A stretch of DNA of 64,000 bases from a virus (lineage: Duplodnaviria; Heunggongvirae; Uroviricota; Caudoviricetes): IMG/VR virus record IMGVR_UViG_3300033141_002732. The stretch is one strand, 5' to 3'. The number at the start of each line of letters is the position of its first letter. The first letter of the stretch is position 1. Positions 20,192 through 30,381 of the stretch are shown piece after piece. The position numbers and the translations under genes were made by a program. A model generated the notes under the pieces. That model was given only the letters and a program-made list of their open reading frames with translations. It had not been told where the DNA came from and did not search any database.

Positions 20192-20256
20192 ACAACACTT
20201 CCTATATTTGTTAAACCCTCATTTGGGACTCGGGTTTAACAATTCAGAAGTGTTGC
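20192..20256 (+). other. GC-rich composite stem-loop (two stacked 9-bp stems)
   Basis: Outer stem 'caacacttc'/'gaagtgttg', inner stem 'gttaaaccc'/'gggtttaac', 13-nt loop, followed by 'cttttgttc'. Confidence 0.5.
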
Positions 20257-20353
20257 TTTTGTTCTAATTCACTATAAGATTTAATAATAATTATTAGAAC
20301 AAAATATTATAGAATATAGAGTAAAAATAGAAAGGAGATGAAATCAAGAAATT

Positions 20354-22321
20354 ATGAACACTTATTCAAAAGAAGAACAAAAATGGTTTAATCAAGTATT
20401 ACTAACTCACTATGATAATCAATTTCAAAGTAAAGGATATTTAAGAATTTCCTTTTCTAGTAATACTTCAAATTATCAGGATTTTAATCCAATAGTATTT
20501 CAAATAAATATATCAAATGAAAATCATAGTTTAACTCAAATTTTAAATATTCAGAATGCTACTGATTTTTTATTGTCTTGTAAAGATATATTATCTTCAA
20601 ATGATGTATCAGATTTTAGGTTAATAAAAAAATATTCAAAAAGTCAAAATTTAATATTAGATTTTTTAGTAAATAAAGATATTGAGAAGAAATTAGTAAA
20701 AATTCAAATCCTTAGAAATGAATCTGACTTTACTGATGTAATAATTGATTTTCATATATTTCAGGTAATAATTATGAGACTAAAATATTTTGTTAATAAT
20801 TATGATAATTTAGTTTCTAATTATATTAGTTATTTTTTATTAAAAGAAATTTTAATATCTAATAATAATGTTTTAAAAGAAATAAAAGGTTTACCATCAA
20901 AAATAGTTAATAATAATATAGAGTTAGAAAATAATAGTGAAAAAATTGATGAAATAGTAGAAGAAACAACTTTACAAGAAATGTCTTCAACATTAGAAGA
21001 TTTTGATAAATTTATTGGTGGTAATGAAGTAGATAATATAAAAATTCCAGATATAGAAATTGTTGAAAATAAACAAGAGAATAAACAAGAATTTAGTTCT
21101 AAATTTATAAAGATGTTAAATAATAATTTAATAAATTTAGAATCATTATTAGAATCATCTTCTATATCAGATAATCCTATAGAAACATTTCTCAATAATA
21201 TTAAAAATTATTCAAATGATGAAAATTTTAAATTTTTACCAGATATATCTGATAGTGATTATAAATCTCTTATTTACATGTCAAAATGTTTACATAAAAA
21301 TATGTATTTAAATTATATTGAAAATAATACAATACCATCTTCAATACCTGTTTTGAAGTATAATTATGAAAAGAATATAAATAACGAGAATTTTGAACTT
21401 GCTTTAGATTTATTAACAATACAAGGTTATATTAGAATATTAAGAAGTAAATTAGAAAGTAAAATATCTGATTCTTCAGAAAATAAATCTTTAATGTTAT
21501 TACATTTTAGATGTTTTACTGATCCTCTTATATTTACTTTTATTGAAAAACAAGATTCTTTAAAAATATCTAGTCAAATAATATCTAGATATAAATATTT
21601 AGAGAGTATTGGATTTTTTGATGAATATAATGCACTTTTACAAATGAATAATTTATCAATAATAAATGAAGTAGAAATGAATTTGTTTATTGATGAAGTT
21701 TTTGATAAAGTAGTTGGAAAAACCAGTTTTATAAATGAATTGCATAATAAATATTTTAAGAGAGGAAATTTAGATTTAAATCCCGAAAATAATTTTTCTG
21801 TAGAACAAATTACAAAAGAGATAATTCCATTAGAAATTGCTAAAAAAAGTGGAATAAATATAAATAAAGATAAAGAACTTGATAAAATATCTGGTTATAG
21901 TTTTTCAAAAGAATCTTTAGATTACTTTAGAAAGAAACAAAAAGTAAAAAATAAAAGTATAAAATATGTTTCAAATCTTGATCGATATTATTCTACCCAA
22001 TTATATTCTGATGAAGTTCCTGAAATATATAAAGAAAAGTTACATAATGTTATTAGAGATATTGGTAATAATAATTTTGAATTTGAAATGTTAGATTTTC
22101 CATTTTCTGAATTTGGTGAAAATATTATAAAAGCTTTATATTTATGGAAACCAAAAAATAATGAAAAATTACTTAGTTATAAAGAGTTTATGTTACTAAT
22201 AGAAAATGAAATTATGACAAAAGATTTAATATTATCAAGTATATCGAATAAACAAACAAATGAATCTAAAAAAAATGAAAACAATAATGAAGATTGGTCA
22301 GATTTAGTTGATATTATATAA
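20354..22321 (+). CDS. hypothetical acidic protein (655 aa)
   Basis: Long ORF with SD 'aaaggagatg' upstream; no motif recognised. Confidence 0.45.
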   Translation: MNTYSKEEQKWFNQVLLTHYDNQFQSKGYLRISFSSNTSNYQDFNPIVFQINISNENHSLTQILNIQNATDFLLSCKDILSSNDVSDFRLIKKYSKSQNLILDFLVNKDIEKKLVKIQILRNESDFTDVIIDFHIFQVIIMRLKYFVNNYDNLVSNYISYFLLKEILISNNNVLKEIKGLPSKIVNNNIELENNSEKIDEIVEETTLQEMSSTLEDFDKFIGGNEVDNIKIPDIEIVENKQENKQEFSSKFIKMLNNNLINLESLLESSSISDNPIETFLNNIKNYSNDENFKFLPDISDSDYKSLIYMSKCLHKNMYLNYIENNTIPSSIPVLKYNYEKNINNENFELALDLLTIQGYIRILRSKLESKISDSSENKSLMLLHFRCFTDPLIFTFIEKQDSLKISSQIISRYKYLESIGFFDEYNALLQMNNLSIINEVEMNLFIDEVFDKVVGKTSFINELHNKYFKRGNLDLNPENNFSVEQITKEIIPLEIAKKSGININKDKELDKISGYSFSKESLDYFRKKQKVKNKSIKYVSNLDRYYSTQLYSDEVPEIYKEKLHNVIRDIGNNNFEFEMLDFPFSEFGENIIKALYLWKPKNNEKLLSYKEFMLLIENEIMTKDLILSSISNKQTNESKKNENNNEDWSDLVDII

Positions 22322-22333
22322 GGAATTTTTATA

Positions 22334-22954
22334 ATGAGTTTAACATTAGGAAAGTCTTTTGATCGAAACTATAATTTAAGAATTCCATTTTTAGATGGTT
22401 ATTATGATATTGGTTTATTTTTTAATAAGAAGTCTACATTTTTATTATTTAAAGTTGACCATGATTTTCCGTCTATTAGACAAGTTAAAGTAAATATGTT
22501 TAAAAATTTACAAGCTTCTAAATTTTGTGAAACTTTTATAAATTTACATAATTATAAAAAATTTACTTTAGATATAGTGAATCAATTTGATTCTATTAAA
22601 TCAGAATATTTTCATGAATTAAATTCTATAATTAATGAAACTATTTCTTTATCAAAAGTAAAAGTAGATGATAAAGTTTTTTTTGATAATTTAACTATTT
22701 ATGGGTTTACTTTAGTATCATATCTTAATGAATTTTTATTTATAATTACAGAAAGACAAAATGTAATAAAAAAACTAGGTAAAAAAATTGTTAGAACTAG
22801 TGGACTTCAAATTGCAACTTCTAATGCTTTAAAGTTATTAGATGAATATCATGAAGATTTTAAAACATGTGGGAAAGAAGGGATTAAAAATAATTATATA
22901 AATAGTAATTCTGTAATAAAATTATCAGATATTGATAAGGAGTTAAAAAGTTAA
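22334..22954 (+). CDS. hypothetical protein
   Basis: 206-aa ORF, tightly packed. Confidence 0.4.
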   Translation: MSLTLGKSFDRNYNLRIPFLDGYYDIGLFFNKKSTFLLFKVDHDFPSIRQVKVNMFKNLQASKFCETFINLHNYKKFTLDIVNQFDSIKSEYFHELNSIINETISLSKVKVDDKVFFDNLTIYGFTLVSYLNEFLFIITERQNVIKKLGKKIVRTSGLQIATSNALKLLDEYHEDFKTCGKEGIKNNYINSNSVIKLSDIDKELKS

Positions 22955-24183
22955 TGGTTGATGACTCTGATATGATAACGACTCGTTATCATTATTTTTA
23001 TATACATAATGTTTTTGCCAATTTTTATAAAGATGTTCTTGATTATTTTACAACATACTTATATCCGAGATTTGAATGGAAGGTTATAGGAACATATGAC
23101 AAGGCAGTTGAGTATATATCAAAAACAGATCAATATGATCGAGAAACAGATAAACCTAATTTACCAGCACTTATATTAAATCCGAGTGGAGAATTTAATA
23201 TTGCTCAAGATGCTGGGGGACGTCAACTTTGGAGATTTCCAAATTTAGCTCCAGGATTTATCAAAAGATTATTTGATCCAATATATCAAGATCAAAATAT
23301 TATTGTACATGTTGGATTTTCAAGATTTAGAGGAGAAATAGAATTAATAATGCTCTTAAATTCTTTTTATGAATTTTGTGATTTAAGAGTATTTTTATTA
23401 CAAATATTTGGTGGAGTTGATAGAGTAATAGAACCAACTTATTTTTCTAGTTTTATTATTTTACCAGAAGAGTTAATAAATTTTAGATATCATAATGAAT
23501 ATACTCATGTAACATATACTTTAGATTGGGATACTGCTGGAGCATCAGAAAGACTTGTAAAAACTACAAATCAAACAGAATTGGTAGTTCCTGCTACTAT
23601 AAGACCACAATTAAAATTAACAAATATATCTGATGGATCTTCTAGATATGGTGGAACTGATAAAGTAGCAGATTGGAGATTGACAGCAACAGTTGAATTT
23701 GAGATAGAGATGCCAAGCTTTTTAATTTTGGAATCAGATTATTTATTAGAAAAAATTAATTTTGAAATTAGATATGGATCATGTTATTCAAGTTATAATA
23801 GACATAAAGCTCCTGTAAATAGACAATTATTTACAAAACAATGGAGTTGGGGATTAGATGAGACTTCAAATTCTGAATTATTATTAGATTCAACATCTGT
23901 CATTGATTTTACTGGAGAATATGTTTTTAAAACTAGATATTATCATGTTATAACTGAATCTGAAGCAGCTTCTACAACAAATGTTCGAATAAGTCTTCCA
24001 GAACAAATAACTGATAAGAAATCCTTAATAGTAGAATCAAGATGGGGTGAAATGCAATATGGAGATCATTATAGAATTACTAAAAATGGTAACGCAATTT
24101 ATATACAAGTTGATAATGTAGATTTAGAGAAAGATATGGTAATTCAATTATATGTTTATGAGCAAGTATCAACATTATTATAA
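22954..24183 (+). CDS. hypothetical protein (409 aa)
   Basis: ATGGTTGATGA start overlapping the previous stop. Confidence 0.45.
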   Translation: MVDDSDMITTRYHYFYIHNVFANFYKDVLDYFTTYLYPRFEWKVIGTYDKAVEYISKTDQYDRETDKPNLPALILNPSGEFNIAQDAGGRQLWRFPNLAPGFIKRLFDPIYQDQNIIVHVGFSRFRGEIELIMLLNSFYEFCDLRVFLLQIFGGVDRVIEPTYFSSFIILPEELINFRYHNEYTHVTYTLDWDTAGASERLVKTTNQTELVVPATIRPQLKLTNISDGSSRYGGTDKVADWRLTATVEFEIEMPSFLILESDYLLEKINFEIRYGSCYSSYNRHKAPVNRQLFTKQWSWGLDETSNSELLLDSTSVIDFTGEYVFKTRYYHVITESEAASTTNVRISLPEQITDKKSLIVESRWGEMQYGDHYRITKNGNAIYIQVDNVDLEKDMVIQLYVYEQVSTLL

Positions 24184-24193
24184 GGAATTATAT

Positions 24194-24763
24194 ATGGAAA
24201 AATTAACAAGTTATTTAGAAACACTTATTGGTTCTGAAGATAGGGTTAAAAAATTTATACCTGTTACTGCTGCTGTTATAATAAAAAAAGGTGATAATAA
24301 TGAAAATTTAGTTTTGCTTATACAAAGATCAAAAAATGATCACTGGCCAAACTTTTGGGAATTTCCTCGGGGTAAATGTGATAATGCAGGAAAAGGTGGT
24401 CAAGAAAATTTGTTTCATTGTTTAAAGAGAGAAGTAAAAGAAGAAGTTGGTCTTGATATTATTCCTGAAAAACTTATAGATACTTTTGATTATTTAGCAG
24501 ATAAAGGAACTAGAAAATCAACTTGTTATAATTATTTATGTAAAATGAAAGATGAAAATCAAAAAGTTAAACTTAGTAAAGAACATCAAAATTTTAAATG
24601 GATTTCAAATGTTGGTGAATGTGAACTGATGCTTCTTCCAGATCAGAAAAAAACAATTGTTAAAGTTTTAAATACTAATAAAAAAATAATTGATTATCCA
24701 GATAATGAATTTACTAAAAATAATAATATAGAAGAATATCTAAGGTTAATAAATAAATGTTAA
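24194..24763 (+). CDS. Nudix hydrolase
   Basis: Nudix box 'GKCDNAGKGGQENLFHCLKREVKEEVGLDI' (Gx5Ex7REVxEExG); start set at 'MEKLTSY' with SD 'taaggaa'. Confidence 0.6.
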   Translation: MEKLTSYLETLIGSEDRVKKFIPVTAAVIIKKGDNNENLVLLIQRSKNDHWPNFWEFPRGKCDNAGKGGQENLFHCLKREVKEEVGLDIIPEKLIDTFDYLADKGTRKSTCYNYLCKMKDENQKVKLSKEHQNFKWISNVGECELMLLPDQKKTIVKVLNTNKKIIDYPDNEFTKNNNIEEYLRLINKC

Positions 24764-25260
24764 AATTAGAAATTTCAGATAAAGGTTTATATATAGAACT
24801 TGTTGGGTTTACACCTTTTAGAACACCAGCTGAAATTTATATACCTGATACATATTTAAATAAAGCAATAAGTCAATTGAAAAAAAATGGAGTTCAAAAC
24901 TATAAAATAATTTCTGGAGATGAAAAATCTAAAAATAAAGTTTTTATAAAAAGTCCAAAAGTTACTAAAGTTATTAATAGAATAGATAAACAAGAAATTG
25001 ATTTATCACCATTTTTGAATAAGTTTGATATTTTAATAGATAAAATAAATATACTATTAAATAACAAAGAATTTGTAAATGAAAATGATATTATATTTCA
25101 AAAGAAAAAGAAGAAAGAAGAGGAAAAAGATATCGATACATTTATTCCACAAATAGGTTTAGAGGATTTGTCTTCTAATATAAAAGATTCTACTTTTGAA
25201 GAATCAAATTCAGATAAAGAAGATTTAGATGATAGTGCAGATTTATTGTCAAAAATTTAG
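24757..25260 (+). CDS. hypothetical protein with acidic C-terminus
   Basis: 167-aa ORF. Confidence 0.4.
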   Translation: MLKLEISDKGLYIELVGFTPFRTPAEIYIPDTYLNKAISQLKKNGVQNYKIISGDEKSKNKVFIKSPKVTKVINRIDKQEIDLSPFLNKFDILIDKINILLNNKEFVNENDIIFQKKKKKEEEKDIDTFIPQIGLEDLSSNIKDSTFEESNSDKEDLDDSADLLSKI

Positions 25261-25418
25261 TAATAATATATTTAATAATATTAATAACTTAGAAAATTCG
25301 TTATAAAAACTAAGAAACAGCTTTTTTAGTAATTTTTATATTTCTAACTTATTAATTTTATTAATCTTTTTTTATACATTTTTCTTTTGAAAAGTATTTT
25401 TTTATAAGGAGAAATAAA

Positions 25419-26480
25419 ATGTCAGAAAATAATGAAAATACCGAAAATATACAAAAGAATATAGATAATAATATTCTTTGTATTGGTATTGATATTGGTA
25501 CTATGAATATTTGTGTTGCAAGAAGTGATTCTGATAAAATTAGAATTACAAGAAATGTTTTTCTTCCATTAAAAAGTGAAGAAATTTCTATTTCAGAACT
25601 TACAGAAATATCTTATGTAGAAAATGATAATGGAGATCTTTTTATAATTGGAAATGATGCATTTAAATTTTCTAATATATTTGGTCAAGAAGTTTCAAGA
25701 CCAATGAAATCTGGATTAATTAGTTCAACTGAAATTGATGCTGTAGATATATTAACTCTAATTTTAAAGAGTTTAATTGGTAATGTAAAAGATCAAGATA
25801 CTTATTGTAGTTATAGTATTCCAGCAGAAGCTATTGATTCAAATCGTTCAGTAATATATCATGAAAAAGTATTTGGAAGAATTTTATCTGCTTTGGGAGT
25901 TAATTATTCTTCTGTAAATGAAGCAATGGCAATTATTTATTCTGAATGTGCAAAAGAAAGATTTAGTGGTGTTAGTATTAGTTTTGGAGCTGGTATGGCA
26001 AATTGTGCTGTATCATTTAAGGGAATTGAAGCATTAAAATTTTCCACAGCTAGAAGTGGAGATTGGGTAGATAAAAATGTTGCAGAATCATTAAATATTG
26101 TAACAAATCGTGTTACAAGTATAAAAGAAAAACATTTAGATTTAGAAACAGGATTTATAAATATTTCAAATAAAAAAATAAGAAGAGTAGTAGAAGCATT
26201 AGAATATTATTATAATGCTTTACTTGAATATACTGTTAAAAAGATAATTTATGAATTTGAAGATAAAGTTAACTTGGAAATTGATGAAAATATTCCTTTA
26301 GTTTTATCTGGAGGAACTGCATTACCTAATGGTTTTTTAAATTTATTTAAAAAAGTTTTATCTAATTATGAGTTACCTTTTGGTATATCAGAAATAAGAT
26401 TAGCTAAAAATCCGCTTACATCTGTAGTTAATGGATTATTAGTAAAAACATTATCTGATGTGAAGAAGATAAATAAATAA
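25419..26480 (+). CDS. actin-like ATPase (ParM/StbA/Alp superfamily)
   Basis: Phosphate-1-like 'LCIGIDIGTMNICVA', later 'SFGAGMANCAVS' (phosphate-2-like) and 'LVLSGGTALP' (adenosine motif-like); 353 aa. Confidence 0.5.
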   Translation: MSENNENTENIQKNIDNNILCIGIDIGTMNICVARSDSDKIRITRNVFLPLKSEEISISELTEISYVENDNGDLFIIGNDAFKFSNIFGQEVSRPMKSGLISSTEIDAVDILTLILKSLIGNVKDQDTYCSYSIPAEAIDSNRSVIYHEKVFGRILSALGVNYSSVNEAMAIIYSECAKERFSGVSISFGAGMANCAVSFKGIEALKFSTARSGDWVDKNVAESLNIVTNRVTSIKEKHLDLETGFINISNKKIRRVVEALEYYYNALLEYTVKKIIYEFEDKVNLEIDENIPLVLSGGTALPNGFLNLFKKVLSNYELPFGISEIRLAKNPLTSVVNGLLVKTLSDVKKINK

Positions 26481-26493
26481 GGAGGAAAATAAA

Positions 26494-26736
26494 ATGTCTA
26501 AAAAAGAGGTAGTTATTGACATAAAAAAAGTTTTGAAAAATGTTGATAAAATTATAGATGAATGTGTAAAAGTAAATAAAGAAGAGATTGAAATTCAAGA
26601 AAATGAATATCAAGAATTATTTAAAAAGAAATTAAAAGATTTTGGAGTTTCTTCACCTAATGAATTATCTGATCAGAAAAAGAAAGAATTTTTTGATCAA
26701 GTAGATAAAGAATGGAAGTCTAAAAAGGAAAAATAG
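26494..26736 (+). CDS. small K/E-rich hypothetical protein
   Basis: 80 aa; strong SD 'aaggaggaaaataaaatg'. Confidence 0.4.
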   Translation: MSKKEVVIDIKKVLKNVDKIIDECVKVNKEEIEIQENEYQELFKKKLKDFGVSSPNELSDQKKKEFFDQVDKEWKSKKEK

Positions 26737-26738
26737 AA

Positions 26739-27308
26739 ATGACTATAAGTAATAAATTTATAATTTTTCTTATTACTTTATTTATAACATTTTTTCTGCA
26801 TATATTTATAAATATATCTATTATTAATGCTTATGATAAAAGTGATATAGAAAAAATATTTTCTTTTCAAAAAACATGTAAACAAACAAATTTGGAAATA
26901 CAAAAAACTTTATTTGGGAATTTAGAAATTAGAGTTTTACAAAATGAAGAAAATACTGCACAACATAATAATTTTAAATGGTCATATAATTTTCATACTT
27001 TAACTACAAAATATATAAAAAATTATTTAAAATATATTATTTTTACAGTAAAAGAAACTCAGATTTTTTCATCTTACTCTTATAAAGGGTTTGTTTTATG
27101 GTGTTTTGAAGATGATGAATTAGATGGAAAATTTAATAGATATACCCGAGATTATTTTATTTGTAAAAGAAATGGAAATTTTATTATGCCACAATATCCG
27201 AAAGGTTTTGTAAATCAAAAATGGTTTAGACCAGATAGAAAAGAAGTTCAAGAAAGATTTGATCAAGAAGTTAATTTTTGGTTTAAATTTTTTGAAAAAA
27301 ATAAATAA
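26739..27308 (+). CDS. membrane-anchored hypothetical protein
   Basis: N-terminal TM helix 'FIIFLITLFITFFLHIFINISII'. Confidence 0.4.
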   Translation: MTISNKFIIFLITLFITFFLHIFINISIINAYDKSDIEKIFSFQKTCKQTNLEIQKTLFGNLEIRVLQNEENTAQHNNFKWSYNFHTLTTKYIKNYLKYIIFTVKETQIFSSYSYKGFVLWCFEDDELDGKFNRYTRDYFICKRNGNFIMPQYPKGFVNQKWFRPDRKEVQERFDQEVNFWFKFFEKNK

Positions 27309-27342
27309 ATATTATCTAGAAGAAGAAAAGGAGAATATTTAA

Positions 27343-28620
27343 ATGGATATAAAGCAAGAACTTAGTGAATTACAGGAAATGATGAAAATAAAAGGTGTTA
27401 ATTTTAAACCTATATCAGATTCTGATTTCAGAAAGTTTAAAATAAATCCATCTGAAATTAAAAAAGTATCTACAATAGAAGAATTAAGAAATGGAACTCC
27501 AAATATGATTGTTACTGAATCTGTGGCTAATACAACATTTATTCAAAATAATTTTAAGAAACAGAATTTAATAAAGAAGAAAAAATATGTTATGTCTTTG
27601 GGTGTTTATAGTCAACTACATTATGAAATAAATAGAGATGTAAGAATTTTAAAACCTACAAAACCGTTATTTAAGAATATATATAAACCATATTTGGGAC
27701 AAAATCTAAATGGGAAAACGTTATTAGTATGGAGAACTGGAGGAATTGGAGATCTTTTATTTATTAATCCAAACTTAAGATTTTTAAAAGAGAAATATCC
27801 AGATTGTACAATAAAATTTGCTTGTGGACCACAATATCAATCAATGGTTGAAACTTGGGATTTTGTTGATAAAGTCTTAGATTTACCATTTAATATTCAA
27901 CAAGTTATAATGGCTGATTATCATGCTATGTTTGAAGGAGTTATAGAAAGATGTGAAGCAGCTGAAAAAGAAAATGCTTATCGTTTATTTACAAAATGGC
28001 TTAATATTAATTTACCTGATGAATTATTAATACCAAAACAAGAACCAAGAGAAGATAAAGTAAAAGAATGTTATGAAATATTAGATAGAGAATGGGGTTT
28101 AAAAGGAAATGATTTTATATTATTACAACTTAGAGCAAGTTCTCCAATAAGAACTCCAAGACCTGAATTTTCTCAAAATTTAATAAATTTATTAACAGAT
28201 AGAGGACATAATGTTGTTATTACTGATGGTCCACATAAATATCAAGCTATTGAAGATTTAGTTATGAATTTTGTAAAAGATAAAAATAAAGTATTTAATT
28301 TTGCAAATTTTTCAAAAACTTTAGATTATACAATTGCTTTAACTTCATTAGCAAAAGTTGTTGTATCTACAGATTCTGCTCTTATACATGTTGCTCAATC
28401 TTTAGGAATTCCAGCATTTGGAATTTATGGTCCTTTTCTTGGAAGAATTCGTCTTGAAACGTATAAAAATGTTGATTGGATAGATGCACCAAAAAATTGC
28501 TGCCCATGTTTTCTTCATGGACATATGCCTTGCAAACATTCAAAAGATAATTATCCAACCTGTTTTGATACAATAGATTTAAGAGATGTAGTTAATCGAG
28601 TGGAGAAATTAATGATATGA
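27343..28620 (+). CDS. GT9-family (heptosyltransferase-like) glycosyltransferase
   Basis: 'LLVWRTGGIGDLLFINPNLRFLKEKYP' and C-terminal 'STDSALIHVAQSLGIPAFGIYGPF' match GT9 motifs. Confidence 0.6.
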   Translation: MDIKQELSELQEMMKIKGVNFKPISDSDFRKFKINPSEIKKVSTIEELRNGTPNMIVTESVANTTFIQNNFKKQNLIKKKKYVMSLGVYSQLHYEINRDVRILKPTKPLFKNIYKPYLGQNLNGKTLLVWRTGGIGDLLFINPNLRFLKEKYPDCTIKFACGPQYQSMVETWDFVDKVLDLPFNIQQVIMADYHAMFEGVIERCEAAEKENAYRLFTKWLNINLPDELLIPKQEPREDKVKECYEILDREWGLKGNDFILLQLRASSPIRTPRPEFSQNLINLLTDRGHNVVITDGPHKYQAIEDLVMNFVKDKNKVFNFANFSKTLDYTIALTSLAKVVVSTDSALIHVAQSLGIPAFGIYGPFLGRIRLETYKNVDWIDAPKNCCPCFLHGHMPCKHSKDNYPTCFDTIDLRDVVNRVEKLMI

Positions 28621-29424
28621 TTTTATGTGATTATGGTTGTGGAAGAGAAGCAAAATATCAATTTAAAAATGGGAAATGGTGTTGTGAAAATCATTATAGT
28701 AAATGTCTAAAAGTAAGAGAAAAAAGTAGTAAATCACATAAAGGACAAATACCTTGGATAAAAGGTCGAAATCATTCAGAATTAAGTAAAAAGAAAATAA
28801 GTGATAATAATAAAGGAAAAAAAACATTCAGAAAAAACTAAAAGAAAAATATCTAAATCTAATAAAGGATTAACTAAACTTAATATTGAACAAATAAAGA
28901 AAAGATATCCTTTCTTTTCTAAAATAGAAGAAATGAGATATAATCCAAATAAACCTGGAGAAAAAGAAATACAAGTACACTGTAAAAACCATAATTGTCC
29001 TAATTCGAAAGAGATGAATGGTTGGTTTACTCCAACATATAATCAAATACATGAAAGAATAATGGAGATTGAAAAAGACTGGGGAAATGATGGTAAATAT
29101 ATGTATTGTTCAGATGATTGTAAAAAAGAATGTCCTCTATATCATATGAAAACATGTTTATTAAAAAAAGATCAAGAAAATCTTTTTCCATATACTATAG
29201 AAGAATATCAAATATTTAGAGAAGAAGTTCTAAAACGAGATGATTATAAATGTGTTTATTGTGGAGAAAAAGCAGAACATGTTCATCATATTCGTCCGCA
29301 AAAACTAGAACCATTTTTTGCTTTGGATCCAGATTTTGGAATTTCTGTTTGTAAAAAATGTCATTACAAGTACGGACATAAAGATGAATGTAACACTGGA
29401 AACTTAGCTAATAGAATTTGTTAG
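28617..29424 (+). pseudogene. HNH homing endonuclease, second copy, interrupted by +1 frameshift in an A8 run
   Basis: ORFs 28617..28841 and 28801..29424 together parallel the 4178..5056 protein. The frame breaks at A8 (28817-28824) inside a NUMOD3-like 'KGKKHSEKTKRKIS' motif. Confidence 0.55.
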
Positions 29425-30254
29425 GAGAGAAGATGATTAAAATTATGATGACTGTAAGAAATAGATTGAGTATTACAAAGAAAGCAATTTCGGCACTTTT
29501 TCTTCATACAAAAACTCCGTACCAATTATATATTTATGATAACCTTACTGATTTTAGATTAGATGATCATTTCAATTACTTTTATAAATTATATAACCGA
29601 GGAGAAATAACTCAGGTTACATTTAATACTGCTGATTCAACATTTAAAGCATTTTCTAAAGCATCTGCTTGTAATGCTTTTGGTGCACAACATGAACAAG
29701 ATCCAGAAAAAGATAATTATGATTTTCTATTATTTTTAGATAATGATATTATTGTTACTCCTGAATGGGATTTAAGAATATTAAAAGCTTGGAGACAAGT
29801 TAAAAAATTTGGATTAAAAAATATAAAAGCAATATCTCAAAGACCTGGCGGCATTAAAGAAGTTATTGAATATGATAAACCAATTGCTGGTACAAAAGCT
29901 ATTATTGGAAAATTAGGAGGTAGTGGTTTTTGGAGTGTTAAACCTGATTTTTTTAGAGATGTTGGATTTTTAGATTTAAAAAAATTAATTGGTAGAAATA
30001 AGATGCATGATCAATTATATTGGAGAATGATGGATATTTCTACTCAAGGTAAAAAATATATTATGGGTTTGGGTTGTAAATTAGCAATTCATTGTGGACA
30101 TGTTTCTGGATCTATTTGTAATATTTTAGATAAACGTCCTGATGCTTTATATAAAATTAAATTTGAAGAAGCGGAAATAAATATAGATAAAATGTCATTT
30201 GAAGAATTTTATAATTCTATAGTAAATAATAAATTTTTAATAAAAGATTGGTAA
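29418..30254 (+). CDS. GT2-like glycosyltransferase (tentative)
   Basis: N-terminal 'IMMTVRNRLSITKKAISAL...YIYDN' and 'LFLDNDIIVTPEWD' resemble GT2 fold motifs. Confidence 0.4.
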   Translation: MLGEKMIKIMMTVRNRLSITKKAISALFLHTKTPYQLYIYDNLTDFRLDDHFNYFYKLYNRGEITQVTFNTADSTFKAFSKASACNAFGAQHEQDPEKDNYDFLLFLDNDIIVTPEWDLRILKAWRQVKKFGLKNIKAISQRPGGIKEVIEYDKPIAGTKAIIGKLGGSGFWSVKPDFFRDVGFLDLKKLIGRNKMHDQLYWRMMDISTQGKKYIMGLGCKLAIHCGHVSGSICNILDKRPDALYKIKFEEAEINIDKMSFEEFYNSIVNNKFLIKDW

Positions 30255-30281
30255 AATTTTTACAAAAAAAATAAATCTGAG

Positions 30282-30380
30282 GTTTTGTTTCTCCCCCTCT
30301 GATTAGTAGTAGGATACCATTACTTACGTAGCTTGGCACGGCTGACACTTTATTTTCTTCCCGACAGCAAGGAAGAATCT
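30282..30380. other. GC-rich island with hairpin between convergent genes
   Basis: GC content visibly above the surrounding AT-rich sequence (not computed); 'ttcttcc-cgacagcaa-ggaagaa' 7-bp hairpin at 30355-30377. Confidence 0.35.
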
Positions 30381-30381
30381 T

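Noticed and set aside
20830-21195. 121-aa minus-strand ORF within the 655-aa plus-strand gene
   Set aside because: Embedded antisense in a long ORF with a good start and SD. Ser/Leu/Ile-rich translation, typical of reverse-frame artefacts.
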